Origin: Mobula hypostoma | Lineage: Eukaryota | NCBI RefSeq assembly: GCF_963921235.1 | Contig: NC_086109.1 | Location: 5,458,001 to 5,522,000, forward strand | DNA length: 64,000 nucleotides | Reading direction: 5' to 3' | Shown: piece by piece, positions 36,181-48,265 of the stretch | How the letters are laid out: every line of letters begins with the position of its first letter | Position numbering within the stretch: position 1 is the stretch's first letter | Program-made: the position numbers and the translations under genes | The notes under the pieces: model-generated | Seen by the model: only the letters and a program-made list of their open reading frames with translations | The model's database searches: none | What the model was told of the DNA's origin: nothing

Positions 36181-37680
36181 ATAGTCATAGTCATAGTCAT
36201 ACTTTATTGATCCCGAGGGAAATTGGTTTTCATTACAGTTGCACCATAAATAATTAAATTGTAATAAAACCATAAATAGTTAAATAGTAATATATAAATT
36301 ATGCCAGGAAATAAGTTCAGGACCAGCCTATTGGCTCAGGGTGTCTGACCCGCCAAGGGAGGAGTTGTAAAGTTTGATGGCCACAGGCAGGAATGACTTC
36401 CTATGACGCTCTGTGTTGCATCTCAGTGGAATGAGTCTCTGGCTGAATGTACTCCTGTGCCCAACCAGTACATTATGTAGTGGATGGGAGACATTGTACA
36501 AGATGGCATGCAACTTGGACAGCATCCTCTTTTTAGACACCACCGTCAGAGAGTCCAGTTCCATCCCCACAACATCACTGGCCTTACGAATGAGTTTGTT
36601 CATTCTGTTGGTGTCTGCTACCCTCAGCCTGCTGCCCCAGCACACAACAGCAAACATGATCACACTGGCCACCACAGACTCGTAGAACATCCTCAGCATC
36701 ATCCGGCAGATGTTAAAGGACCTCAGTCTCCTCAGGAAATAGAGACGGCTCTGACCCTTCTTGTAGACAGCCTCAGTGTTCTTTGACCAGTCCAGTTTAT
36801 TGTTAATTCGTATCCCCAGGTATTTGTAATCCTCCACCATGTCCACACTGACCCCCTGGATGGAAACAGGGGTCACCATTACCTTAGCTCTCCTCAGGTC
36901 TACCACCAGCTCCTTAGTCTTTTTCACATTAAGCTGCAGATAATTCTGCTCACGCCATGTGACAAAGTTTCCTACCGTAGCCCTGTACTCAGCCTCATCT
37001 CCCTTGCTGATGCATCCAACTATGGCAGAGTCATCAGAAAACTTCTGAAGATGACAAGACACTGTGCAGTAGTTGAAGTCCGAGGTGTAAATGGTGAAGA
37101 GAAAGGGAGACAAGACAGTCCCCTGTGGAGCCCCAGTGCTGCTGATCACTCTGTCGGACACACAGTGTTGCAAGCACACGTACTGTAGTCTGCCATTCAG
37201 GTAATCAAGAATCCATGACACCAGGAAAGCATCCACCTTCATCGCTGTCAGCTTCTCCCCCAGCAGAGCAGGGCAGATGGTGTTGAACGCACTGGAGAAG
37301 TCAAAAAACATGACCCTCGCAGTGCTCACTGGCTTGTCCAGGTGGGCGTAGACACGGTTCAGCAGGTAGACGATGGCATCCTCAACTCCTAGTCGGGGCT
37401 GGTAGGCGAACTGGAGGGGATCTAAGTGTGGCCTGACCATAGGCCGGAGCAGCTCCAGAACAAGTCTCTCCAAGGTCTTCATGATGTGGGAGGTCAATGC
37501 CACCGGTCTGTAGTCATTGAGGCCGCTGGGGCGCGGTACAGGGACGAGGCAGGACGTCTTCCACAGCACAGGAACCCTCGGAGCCTCAGGCTCAGGTTGA
37601 AGACATGGCGAAGTACTCCACATAGCTGAGGGGAACAGGCTTTGAGCACCCTGGTACTGACACCATCCGGTCCTGCAGCG
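36181..37680 (-). mobile_element. Young 5'-truncated Rex1/Babar LINE with near-intact RT ORF (36328-37623)
   Basis: LNDYRPVALTS, DPLQFAYQ, FFDFSSAFN, STGAPQGTVLSP, KFSDD. (GACTAT)n tail, CTGCAGC at both junctions. Confidence 0.93.
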
Positions 37681-37864
37681 ACTTTGGGCAATAGGTCTTT
37701 TCTGTTCATGTAATAAACCTCACTGAAGCCTTCTTCCCCTCTGTCATCAGTTTTCAGAATGGACAATGAACCCATGTACACTATCTCACTGTAGGTTTTA
37801 CTTCTTTATTTGCTCTCTTTGCACTGATTTAATTTCAGTTTATATATACAGTACTGCGTGGTGG

Positions 37865-38222
37865 GATGGAGATACGTCCCTACCAAAGGGGATGTAAGAT
37901 GCTCCTTCCCCCCGCTAGCTGCAGGTCACCCTTGGGCAAGGTGTAGCACCTGCTTAGCCCCCGATCAGGGTCACGTGAAGCCACGGGATCAGGTGGTGGA
38001 TGGTGGTATGAGCAGCTGGTGCACATCACAATTCCTGGTTATGTGACCACTGACGCCAGGCAGACAGTCTCTGAAGAGTGTTGATAATGGCTGGGGTCAC
38101 CCGTCTAGTAAAGACACTGCCCAGAAGAAGACAATGGCATACTACTTTGTTAGAAAAATTTGCCAAGAACAATCATGGTCATGAGATCATGATGACACAT
38201 GTCATACGACATGCACTTGATG
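37865..38222 (+). mobile_element. SINE-like element with RTE-like tail
   Basis: Colinear with 34615-34980. Confidence 0.75.
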
Positions 38223-39519
38223 AAATACTTATACATAAAAACATATATACATATATGATATTGATTGTAACTTATAGTTTATATTATTATGTATTGCGAT
38301 GTACTGCTGCCGCATAACAACAAATTTCATGACATATGCCAGTGATATTAAACGTGATTCTGAATCTCACAGAAACTTTCCCTCCGCCTCCTTAATTCTA
38401 TATAAAACACCCCCAGCCTCTCCAGTCTTTCCTTGTTGCTACAATTATCTGGTCCTCATCAGTCCTCTCCACACCCTCTCCTGTGCGATTGCAATTTTCC
38501 TACACTGGTGACCGGAACTGTAAATAGTGTTCGAGCTGCAAGAGAGTTCAGATGCTGGAATCTGGAGCAACAGCCAATCTGCTAGAGGAACTCGGCAGGT
38601 GTGTGGGAGGGGTTGGGAATCTCCTCCCAGCGACCCTCTCCACTCCCAGAGCTGACGCAGCCTTTCATCTCAGCGTGGTGACAGTTCCCTCCACCTCGCA
38701 GACGCTGCTCGACCTGCTGCTCCTCCAGCAGATCGTGTGCGGCCACAGATTCGGAGAGCCAGCTGCCAGCCTGACTAGTGTGGCGTACAGCTCTAGCAGG
38801 ACCTCCTGCCCTTGCCTGCCTCAGCTTGTGAAGAAAAACAAGACATACATGTTTTTAACCACTTACTCACTTGACCAGCTGTGTGTGAGGTATGCTCCAG
38901 GACCCCAGTGCTCTTTCGCATCTCTGTATGCCCTACGTGTATTGAATATCATTTTGCACACCCTTTTCCAACTCTGAATTAATTTCCATTTAAGACCATA
39001 AGATATAGGAGCAAAATCAGGCCATTCGGCCCTTTGAGTCTGCTCTGCTATTTGACCATGACTGATTTATTTTCCCTCTCCTGCCTTCTTGTTTGATGCC
39101 CTCACTATCAGGAACCAATCAACCTTATCTTTGAATATGACCCTTTATAAATTTGCCATTGTCCTGCCCTGGTCACTGATATCCTCTTTGCACCTTGCTG
39201 TCCACAGACTCCTGCACATCAGTACCGTTGAGGTCAACGAGATGTAGCTGGTGGGGTTGGGTGAGGGGGGTGGTTCGTCCCACCAAGATCTGGGATTCTG
39301 TCAGTCCGGGGTGATCCCGCATTTCTGGTTCTTGTCTCTCTTTCCCCCTCACCCCCAACTCCAAGACCCCTAATGTGTCCAGTGTAAGTTCAATAAACAA
39401 CACATGGTCATCCATCTGCACATTACAGCTATGGCGACATAGTGTTCTGACAGCGTTGGGTAAATCCTATCACATTTAATCTCCACCCTATTACATACAA
39501 TTCTGCTGTTCTATTCCCA

Positions 39520-39770
39520 ACTCCCCTCTCCCTCCCTCTCCCCTTGATCTCTTTCTGTCCCTTCCCTCCCCCTTCTCTCTCTACCCTCTCCCCCTCTCTC
39601 ATCCACTCCCCTTCTCGCTTTCCACTCCTCTTCCCTCCTTGTCTCTCCCCTCCTCTTTCTCTTCCTCTCTCCCTCTCTGTCCTTCCCTCTCACCCTCCTT
39701 ACCCCTCCCTCCCCATCCCAATCTCCCCCTATTTCTCCCCCTCCCTCCCTCCCTCCTCCCACTCTCTCCC
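39520..39770. repeat. CT-rich polypyrimidine low-complexity tract
   Basis: ~250 bp almost entirely C/T. Confidence 0.85.
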
Positions 39771-40587
39771 AATCTCTGACTTTCCACAGCTCTGTCTGAG
39801 ACCTTTGGGCACAAAATGTTCAGCTTGTTTCTCTCCCCCAAGGAGGCTGCCCGTCCTGCTGAGCATTGCCAGTGTGTCCTGGCTCTGTTTCTGATTTCTG
39901 GCATCTGCGGCTTGGGCTCCAGAAGGGACCGTGTAAACCAGCTCATGAAACCAAATCTCAAACCAATCTCAGTCTCTGTTTCCCTGATTTTTCCCCTTCC
40001 CCTCTTGACAGGAATGACTGCCCTTCAGACTCTTCCCATTTTAGTCTTTCCCTTGTGGCCTTGACCCAAACCCACCTCCCTCCCAACACTCACCTCTCCC
40101 CGACATCCACATCCCACCTCCCACCTTCTACCCTCTAAAGCCATCTACTTTACATTTAACTATTCCTCATTCTGATAGAAGGCTATCAACCAGAAATGTT
40201 TAGTATCTAATCACATACTTGGACATCTTTCCTTGTTTGCTGTGAGCCTGTTGTACACAACTCCTTACTGATTTACCCGGTTAGACTCCATTCTTGGCTA
40301 TGAGAAACATTTCCAGTCAGACTAGATTGAATCTCTCTCTCACCCTCTGACATGCTCTTCCGATGAGCTAATATTTTTAGTTTAGCAACATTTTTCAGCC
40401 TTCTGTTCGCAGAAGACGCCAACATTGGAGATGGTTTCCATTTCTGCATAATGAGCCGCACTAACGTTATCTTTGCAAGTTCCTCCTACAGATTGTTTGT
40501 TGGTCTAGATTCCAGCACCTGCAGCCACTTGTGTCTCCATGCTGACGTTATCTTGGGTTTAGCCTTGCTTCAGTGTAGAGAAATATG

Positions 40588-40910
40588 CACAAAATGCTGC
40601 AGGAACACAGCAGGGCAGGCAGCATCTACAGAGAAAAATAAACAGCCCATGCTTTGGGCTGAAACCCTTCACCAGTCCTGATGAAGGGTCTCGGCCCAAA
40701 ACATTAACCGGTTATTCCTCTCTCTGGATTTAGTTATTTGTTCATTGAGATGCAGGAAACTGGAGCACCTGGAGGAAACCCACGTGGCCACAGGGAGAAT
40801 GTACAAATTACACACGCAGCGGTGGGAATCGAACGCAGGTCACCTGTACTGTAAAGCATTGTGCTAACCACTCTGCTCCCGTGCTGAGCTCCTCCAGCAT
40901 TTTGTATGTG
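40588..40910. mobile_element. Fold-back Penelope-terminus element with a SINE fragment in its right arm
   Basis: Central palindrome TGGGCTGAAACCCTTCACCAG-TC-CTGATGAAGGGTCTCGGCCCA. Arms CACAAAATGCTG / CAGCATTTTGTATGTG. Confidence 0.65.
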
Positions 40911-41324
40911 TTTCACATAGGAACATAAGAACATAAGAACATAAGAGATAGGAGCAGGAGTAGGCCATCTGGCCCATCGAGCCTGCTCCACCATTCAATC
41001 AGATCATGACTCATCTGTGCCTACCTGCCTTTCCCCCATAACCCTTAATTCCCCTACTGTGCAAAAATCTATCTAATCTTGTCTTAAAGATATTTACTGA
41101 GGTAGCCTCCACTGCTTCATTTTGCTCTGCATTTCCAGCATCTGCAGATTCTCCTGTTTCATCAGTATAGAGAGTAGTCTTATCACAAGTGCACACTTCT
41201 CAGTGTTTAAACCTAGGCTTTTTGTATCAAATTCAGTTGCATGGGAAACAGCCTATCAATGTCTAGTTCTCCTGAACTATGGGATCCTGCCAGGAAGAAC
41301 ATCTTTCCCTTCCCCCTATCTGCT

Positions 41325-41900
41325 GCTGCCCAGAGGGACTGCTCTCTCTGTGACTCCCTTGCCCATTTGCCTCTCCTGCAACGGGACAAGTGCTGCACCA
41401 GCCCCTACACCTCTCCCTCACCACCATTCAGGGCCCCAAACAGTCCTTCCAGGTGAGGCGACACTCACCCGCAAGTCTGCCCTGGGTCATCCACTGTACC
41501 TCTACGTTGGTGAGCCCCAACGCAAATTGGGGGACTGCGTCATCAAGCACTTGTCCCATCAGCCACACTTTTCAGTTTGACTTCCCATTCCTATTCTGAC
41601 ATGTCGGTCCACGGCCTCCTTTACTGCCACAATGAAACCGCACTCAGGTTGCATGAGCAACACCTCATGTTCCCTTTGGATGGCCTCCAACCTGACAGCT
41701 TTGATGAACATTAATTTCTCCAACTTCTGGTAATTCCTTCCCCTCCTAGTTCTCTTCCTTTCCATTCACCAATCTGGTTCCCCTTCTACCCCTTCTCCTC
41801 ACCTGTCTCTAGTGACCCTCCTCTTTCCCTTTTTCTTCCATGATCCACTGTCCTCTCCAATTAAATTCGCTCTCCTTCAGTCCGTTATCATCTCCTCGCT
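41325..41900 (+). mobile_element. Degraded Penelope-like element, GIY-YIG endonuclease region
   Basis: Peptides TIQGPKQSFQVRRH and LYVGEPQRKLGDCVIKH, followed by the PLE-type pyrimidine-rich 3' region. Confidence 0.75.
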
Positions 41901-42252
41901 TTATGCCCCTTCTTCATCCCCCTACGTCCATAGATCACTCGAAGTTGCTGCACAAGTTGATCAGGTGGTTAAGAAGGCGTATGGTGTGTTTGCTTTTGTC
42001 AGTCAGAGAATTGGGTTCAAAAGCCCCGAGGTAATGTTGCAGCTCTTCAGAACCCTGATGAGACCAAATTTGGAGAATTGTGTTCATTTCTGGTTGCCTC
42101 ATTATAGGAACGGTGAGGAAGCTTTAGAGAGGGTGCAGAGGAGATTAACCAGGATGTTGCCTGGATTAGAGAGCATGTCTTATGAGGACAGAATTAGAAT
42201 CAGGTTTAATATGTCATGAAATTAGTTGCTTTGCGACAGCGGTACATTATAA

Positions 42253-42660
42253 TCGTCGTTGTCGTGGCTATCCCCCGAGGTCGAGGATGATGGTCTTTGT
42301 TCTGAAGAAGTGGCCACAGAGCGAAGGCGCCTCTCCATGGACTGTCACCTTGTCGCAGTGGAGAAGCTTGTGTGGTCCTGAGATCCTGAGAGCAATGCCG
42401 TCTGGAGCTATGCTCCTGGTAGGGTCACCCATGGCGGTAAGGTCGAGGATGAGGTCCCTGACAAGGAACAATCCAACCAAGACCTCAACGGTGGAACAGG
42501 CGGACGAAGTTACTTCGAACTGAACGGCTGTGAAGGTGGATGGAGGCTGCAACAAATCCATCAGCTCCAGTCGTCGTGGTTTCCATGCCATTGGAATGAG
42601 TTGGTTGATTTATGAAGTATCGTGTGCTTCTTGGAGTGCAACATCAAGTGCACGTTAAAC
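42253..42660 (+). mobile_element. RTE/Rex3-like 5'-UTR-derived element with structured head
   Basis: CACCTTGTCG...GGAGCTATGCTCCTGGTAGGGTCACCCATGGCGGTAAGGTC, core shared with 9277-9400, no ORF follows. Confidence 0.55.
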
Positions 42661-42679
42661 ATTGTAATACTTAGTAAAT

Positions 42680-43380
42680 GAAAACTATAATTTACAATAA
42701 GTATGCATAACAAATAAATTAAATAAGGGTGCAAAAAGAGAGGATGAGATGGTGTTCGTGGGTTCAGTGTCCATTCAGAAATCTGATGGCAGAGGGGAAG
42801 AAGCTGTTCCTGAATCACTGAGTGTGTGCCTTCAGGCTCCTGTACCTCCTTCCTGATGGTAGCGATGAGAAGAAGACATGTCCTGGGTGATGGGGTTCCT
42901 TAGTGATAGATGCTGCCTTTCTGAGGCATCATCTTTTGAAGATGTTCTCGACGCTGGGGAGGCCGGTGCCCATGATGGATCTGGCTGAGTTTACAACTTT
43001 CTGCAGCTTTATCTGATCCTGTGCTGTAGCCCCTCCACACCAGACGGTGATGCAACCAGTTAGAATGCTCTCCTCAGTACATCTGTAGAAATTTACGAGT
43101 GTCTTTGATGACATACCAAATCTCCTCAAACTAGTAATGAAATGTAGCTGTTGTCGTGCTTTCTTGTAACTGCATTGATATGTTGGACCTAGGATAGATC
43201 GTCAGGATGTTGACACCCAGGGACTTGAAACTGCTCTCCCTTTCCAGTTCTGTTCCCTTGACGTGGGCTGGTGTGCATTCCCTCAAGTTCTTCTTCCTGA
43301 AGTCCACAATCAATTCCTTGGTCTTACTGACATTGAGTGCAAGGTTGTAGCTATGACACCACTCAAGAGGCTGATCTGCC
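42680..43380 (-). mobile_element. Old Rex1/Babar-like LINE 3' fragment; similar pieces at ~48500-49030, 50460-51130, 63050-63900
   Basis: MIVDFRK and RRFGMSSKTLVNFYRCT.ESILTGCITVW in minus-strand ORFs. Confidence 0.8.
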
Positions 43381-43645
43381 TCGCCCCTAGGCCCAAGCTA
43401 GGGCTTTTCCCTTTGAAAGGGAGAAAGAAGTGATGTGACTTGATGGATCTGTACAAGTTGGTAAGAGACACAGTTTGAGTACCTCAAGTGAATTTCTACC
43501 CCAAGCTCCAACCAAAATAGACAGAAGGGAGAACCATTAAGCTGCTGTATCTGTAGAGTAAATAATTCCTAGGGAGGAGCTGGATGGATATGAACAAACT
43601 AAAAAGATGGCTGGATAACTAACAATTCAGGAACTAAGTGTTATA

Positions 43646-44289
43646 AGACCATAAAGACCATAAGACATAGGAGCAGAATTAGGCCATCTGGCCCATCGAG
43701 TCTGCTCCGCCATTCAATCATGGCTGATCCTTTTTTTTAAATCTCCTGCTCAACCCCAGTTCCCAGCCTTCTCCCTGTAACCTTTAATGCCATGTCCAAT
43801 CAAGAACTTATCAATCTCTTCCTTAAATACACCCAACGACCTGGCCTCCACAGCTGCATGTGGCAACAAATTCCACAAATTCACCACCCTTTGGCTAAAG
43901 AGATTTCTCCACATCTCTGTTTTTGAAAGGGCGCTCCCTTATCCGGAGGCTGTGCCCTCTTGTCCTAGACTCTCCCACCACGGGAAACATCCTTTCTACA
44001 TCTACTCTGTTTAGGCATCTCAACATTCAAAAGGTTTCAAAGGGATCAACATTGATCCTTCTGAATTCTAGCGAGTACAGACCCAGAGCCATCAAACGTT
44101 CCTCGTATGTTAACCCTTTCATTTCTGGAATCATCCTTGTGAACCTCCTCTGGACCATCTCCAATGCCAGCACATATTTCCCAAGATGAGGGGCCCAAAA
44201 TTGTTCGCAGTACTCAAGGTGAGGCCTCACCAGTGCCTTATAAAGCCTCAGCATCACATCCTTGCTCTTGTATTCTAGACCTCTCGAAT
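43646..44289 (-). mobile_element. CR1 LINE 3' fragment
   Basis: RGLEYKSKDVMLRLYKALVRPHLEYC in ORF 44027-44383, AAGACCAT tail. Confidence 0.9.
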
Positions 44290-47200
44290 AATTGCCAGAA
44301 AGGAAGGGAGAGGAGGTAATACTGGGTGAAGTGCCACTATCTGATGGCAACGTCAGCATGGCAGTGGGTAAAATAGGGGGCACCCCCGTGGCGTGACACT
44401 GTTACAGCTCGGGGCATTCCGGAGTTTGGAGTTCAATTCCGGTGCCATGCTGCGAAGAGTCTGCACGTTCTCCCTGTGGAATGCATGGGATTTTCCCTGG
44501 TATTCCGGTCTCCTGTCACAGTCCAGTGACGTACCAGGCTGGTTAATCGGTCGTTGTAAAATTGTCCCGGGGTTAAGTCAGGATTGTGGGGTTGCTGGGG
44601 AGGCGTGACTCGAAGGGCCAGAAGGACCCACTCTGTGCTGATTCGCTAAATAAAAGGCTGGCACAACATTGCAGGCTGAATGGCCTGCACTGGTCTATGT
44701 ACCGCAACAGTTTAGCACAGTTCTTTAGTCATGGGGTGTGAGGCTGAGAGGTGAGCAGGGAATTGGAATGAACCAGTGAGCGGTGACTTGGGGACTTGCG
44801 TCCTCCGGGCTATTAAAAATTTTAAACAGTTAATTTGTTGTTATTTGAGCTCTTTATTCACGCTTGGTTTAGACGCCAGAAGATCTGCACTTTCATCTTC
44901 AAAGTGGCAGTGTGGAGGGAGTGGCTTCTGCTTGCCGAGTTCCAAATGTTTGCTGAGGTTTTGGTATCATATTTGGCCTGTAGAGTCACCGGCAGTCGTC
45001 AGCCTGATTTACAGCCTTGTTCCCTAAAGGGCGTAGCCATTTATTAAACCAAGGGTTTGAAAGGTCACTCTTGTTAAAGGTTTTTTGTTGGAATCTGCAG
45101 GAAATTCTGTAATTGTAATCCACGGGCATTTTTGCCCTGCCCACACTTTAGAATCGATGTTTATACCAGCAGGGAGAGGAGTTTTCATAAGGTGATTAGA
45201 CAGAGGAACAGAATTAGGCCATTCAGCCCATCAAGTCTTTTCTGCCATTCAATGCTGATTTAGTACCTTTCTTCTGTCTTCTCCCCTGAAGCTACGATGC
45301 CCCAACTAATCAAGAACCTATCGACCTTCATTTTAAATCTACCCAATGACTAGCACCTGTGGAAATGAATAAACAGTCGACGTTTCAGAGCGACACCGCT
45401 CTTCAGGACTGGAAAGGAAGGGGGAAGACGCCAGAATAAAAAGGTGGGGAGAGAGGAAGAGGGATAGCTAGAAGGTGATAGGTTTAGCCGGGTGGGTGGG
45501 AAAGGTAAAGGACTGAAGAGGAAGGAATCTGATAAGAGAGGAGAGGGGACTATAGGAGGAAGGGAAGGAGGAGGGGGCCCGGGGGAGGTGATAGGCAGCC
45601 GAGAAGAGGTAGAAGGCCGGGGTGGGGAATCGAAGAAGAGGGGAGGGGCAAGGAAAAGTGATCCCTGCCCCGCCAAACATCAGGGAATTCTCAACCCTCC
45701 TGCACACCACCTGTCATCAAACGTGGCTCCGTCCGTGCAGAGAAAAGTACCGCGTCAGTCTCAACTTCTGACCTCAAAGCCAGTAGCGTGGCACCGTGCA
45801 GGACGGGCAGTGGCCAGTGTTGGCACAGCAAGCTCCCTCAACCTGCATTGTAATGGTAAACCATTGGCTTAAGGGATCATCGCTAACCCAGGGGCCCGGG
45901 ATCTCTCCATCAGCAGCTTTCCAGTGACACCACAGGATTTTACACCTACTGAGAGCGGGTGGTTCGAGAAGAGAGGCAGACGGTGCTTCTCCCCACCACA
46001 GCAGTGCAGAATATCCCCCCTCCTCTCCCCACCCCTCATACTATTTCCCAGCCTCCGAAACAAGCTGTGATTCCCGTGGATAAACCATGCGTGTCAGGTT
46101 CCTGGTGCAGATTGGAGTGACGACAAGATTGATTCACCTCCTCCTGATGAAATCTTGGGGCTACAGTGCCCTCTGTACCTGGGGATGAACGTGAGGGGCT
46201 AGAACTACGAAAGCAGATTACTATCTAAAGGAGAGGGGAAGAAGCAGTGAGACCTGGGTGTTCCTGGGAATCACTTGCCGAGGACAGGCACACAGGTGGT
46301 TAAAGGCATATGGCCTTCACAGCAAGAGGAAATGAGTTCAGGCGTAGGGATGTCTGACCACAATTGTACTGGGTGTCGGCTGAGACCACACCCTGAGCAC
46401 TGCGTACACTTCTCTCTGGGTCTAAGGGAGGATGTTTGTCCTAGTCAGGTAGCTCGCCAACGGTTCACTAGACTGATGGGATTTGAACCATTGGGACTGC
46501 ATTCGCTGGAGTTCAGAAGGAGAGCGACTCTTACTAGAACTTGTAATTACCCCGCGCAGGAGAGGAGGGACTCGGTGCAGGGAGGACTTTGCTTCTGCCT
46601 GGTAGTTTGGAGGGTGTGGGGCTGGGGGGGGGCGGGTGGCGGTCACAGTGTAAGGATATTGGGTCGTCTTTTTAGGACTGAGATGTGGAGAAGTTTCCTT
46701 AGCTGATCTGTGGCAACCTGTACAAATCTCCCCACGGAGGGCAGTCGAGGCCAAGTCATGACAGAAGTCTGAAAATTGAAGGCATGTTGGAATGTGGAGG
46801 GGGCTTGGGGTGGGGGGAAGAGCAGGAACATGGGGCTGAATCTGTTTGATCGTATTAAAGGCAGAACGTGCCTGTTGGGCCGAGTGGCCGACACTGTTCG
46901 TTTCTGTGTTTTTTGGTTTACTGTCAAAGGGAGTTGTGGAGATGCAAGAGACTACAGGTAGGACATAGAACAGAACAGGCCTTTCAGGCCGTGATATTGT
47001 GCTGACCTATTAACCTACTATGAGATCAATCTAACTCTTCCCTCCATTTGTCTTTCATCCATGTGCCTATCTTGGAGTCTCTTAAATATCCCTAATATAT
47101 CCGCATCTCTGCCATGCCTGCAGAGAATTCCACACACCCAACCACTCTCAGTGTAAAAAGTAAATATCCCTCTGACATCCCCTCCCTGGACCTTTCTCCA

Positions 47201-47365
47201 ATCACAAAGTTGTGCCCCCTCATATTAGGCCATTTCCACCCCGGGGGGGAAAAGTCTCTGGCTGTCCACGTCATTTATGCCCCTCACCCTCCTGTACACC
47301 TCGATCAAATCACCTCTCACCCTCTTCTCCAAAGAGTAAAGCCCATGAGGTGCAGGAATCTGAAG

Positions 47366-47445
47366 CAGGGGTTCCCAGCCTGGGGCCCATGAACCCCTTA
47401 GTTAAAAGTAGCAGTCCATGGCATAAAAAAGGTTGGGAACCCCTG
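47366..47445. mobile_element. ~80-bp hAT-Charlie-like mini-MITE; relatives at ~5825-5905, 34477-34558, 62326-62407
   Basis: TIRs CAGGGGTTCCCAGCCT / AGGTTGGGAACCCCTG with a shared GTCCATGGCATAAAAAA core. Confidence 0.7.
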
Positions 47446-47961
47446 TGGGCCAAGCTGCATCTGTGGGGGTAGGAAAGCAGCTTCTATCATCAGGGCCCCC
47501 ACCACCCAGGCCATGCTCTCTTCTCACTGCTACCATCAGGAAGAAGGTACAGGAGCCTCGGGACTCCCACCACCAGGTTCAGGAACAGTTACTGCCCCTC
47601 AATCATCAGCTCCTGAACCAAAGGGGATAACTTCACTCACTCTCTTCATCTCATTCTCGATATTTATTGTTCATTTATTTATTCTAAGGGTTCAACGGTT
47701 AATTTATTATCAAAGTATACAACTCTGAAATTCTTCTTCCCTGGGTAGCCATGAAACCAAGAGAGAAAAAGAAGAGAAAGGCAGCACGATCATTGACCCC
47801 CAAATCCCCCTCCCTGCACAAAAAATGAACAAAAAATGGAACAGACACATCAGTACATAGTTTCGTGATCTTTCCAGAAGATGTCAACTGAAGGAGTGTT
47901 GTGCGCAGGCACCATCTTAACTGGAAGTATTATTATTATTATTGTTATTATAATATATTGT

Positions 47962-48265
47962 GTTGGCATGTGGCCAAGTGGTTAAGGTGTCGGTCTAGTG
48001 ATCTGAAGGTCGCTAGTTTGAGCCTCAGCTGAGGCAGCGCGTGTGTCCTTGAGCAAGGCACTTAACCACACATTGCTCTGCGACGACACTGGTGCCAAGC
48101 TGTATGGGTCCTAATGCCCTTCCCGTGGACAACATTGGTGTCGTGGAGAAGGGAGACTTGCAACATGGGCAAACTGCTCGTCTTCCATACAACCTTGCCC
48201 AGGCCTGCACCCTGGAAACCTTCCAAGGCGCAAATCCATGGTCTCACAAGACTAACAGATGCCTA
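47962..48265 (+). mobile_element. tRNA-derived SINE inserted in a (TAT)n tract
   Basis: A-box TGGCCAAGTGG at 47971-47981, B-box-like GTTTGAGCC, colinear with 5043-5346. Confidence 0.8.

Noticed and set aside
47962..48035. tRNA gene
   Set aside because: A/B boxes continue into a ~300-bp repeated body also present at 5043-5346, so it is a SINE head.
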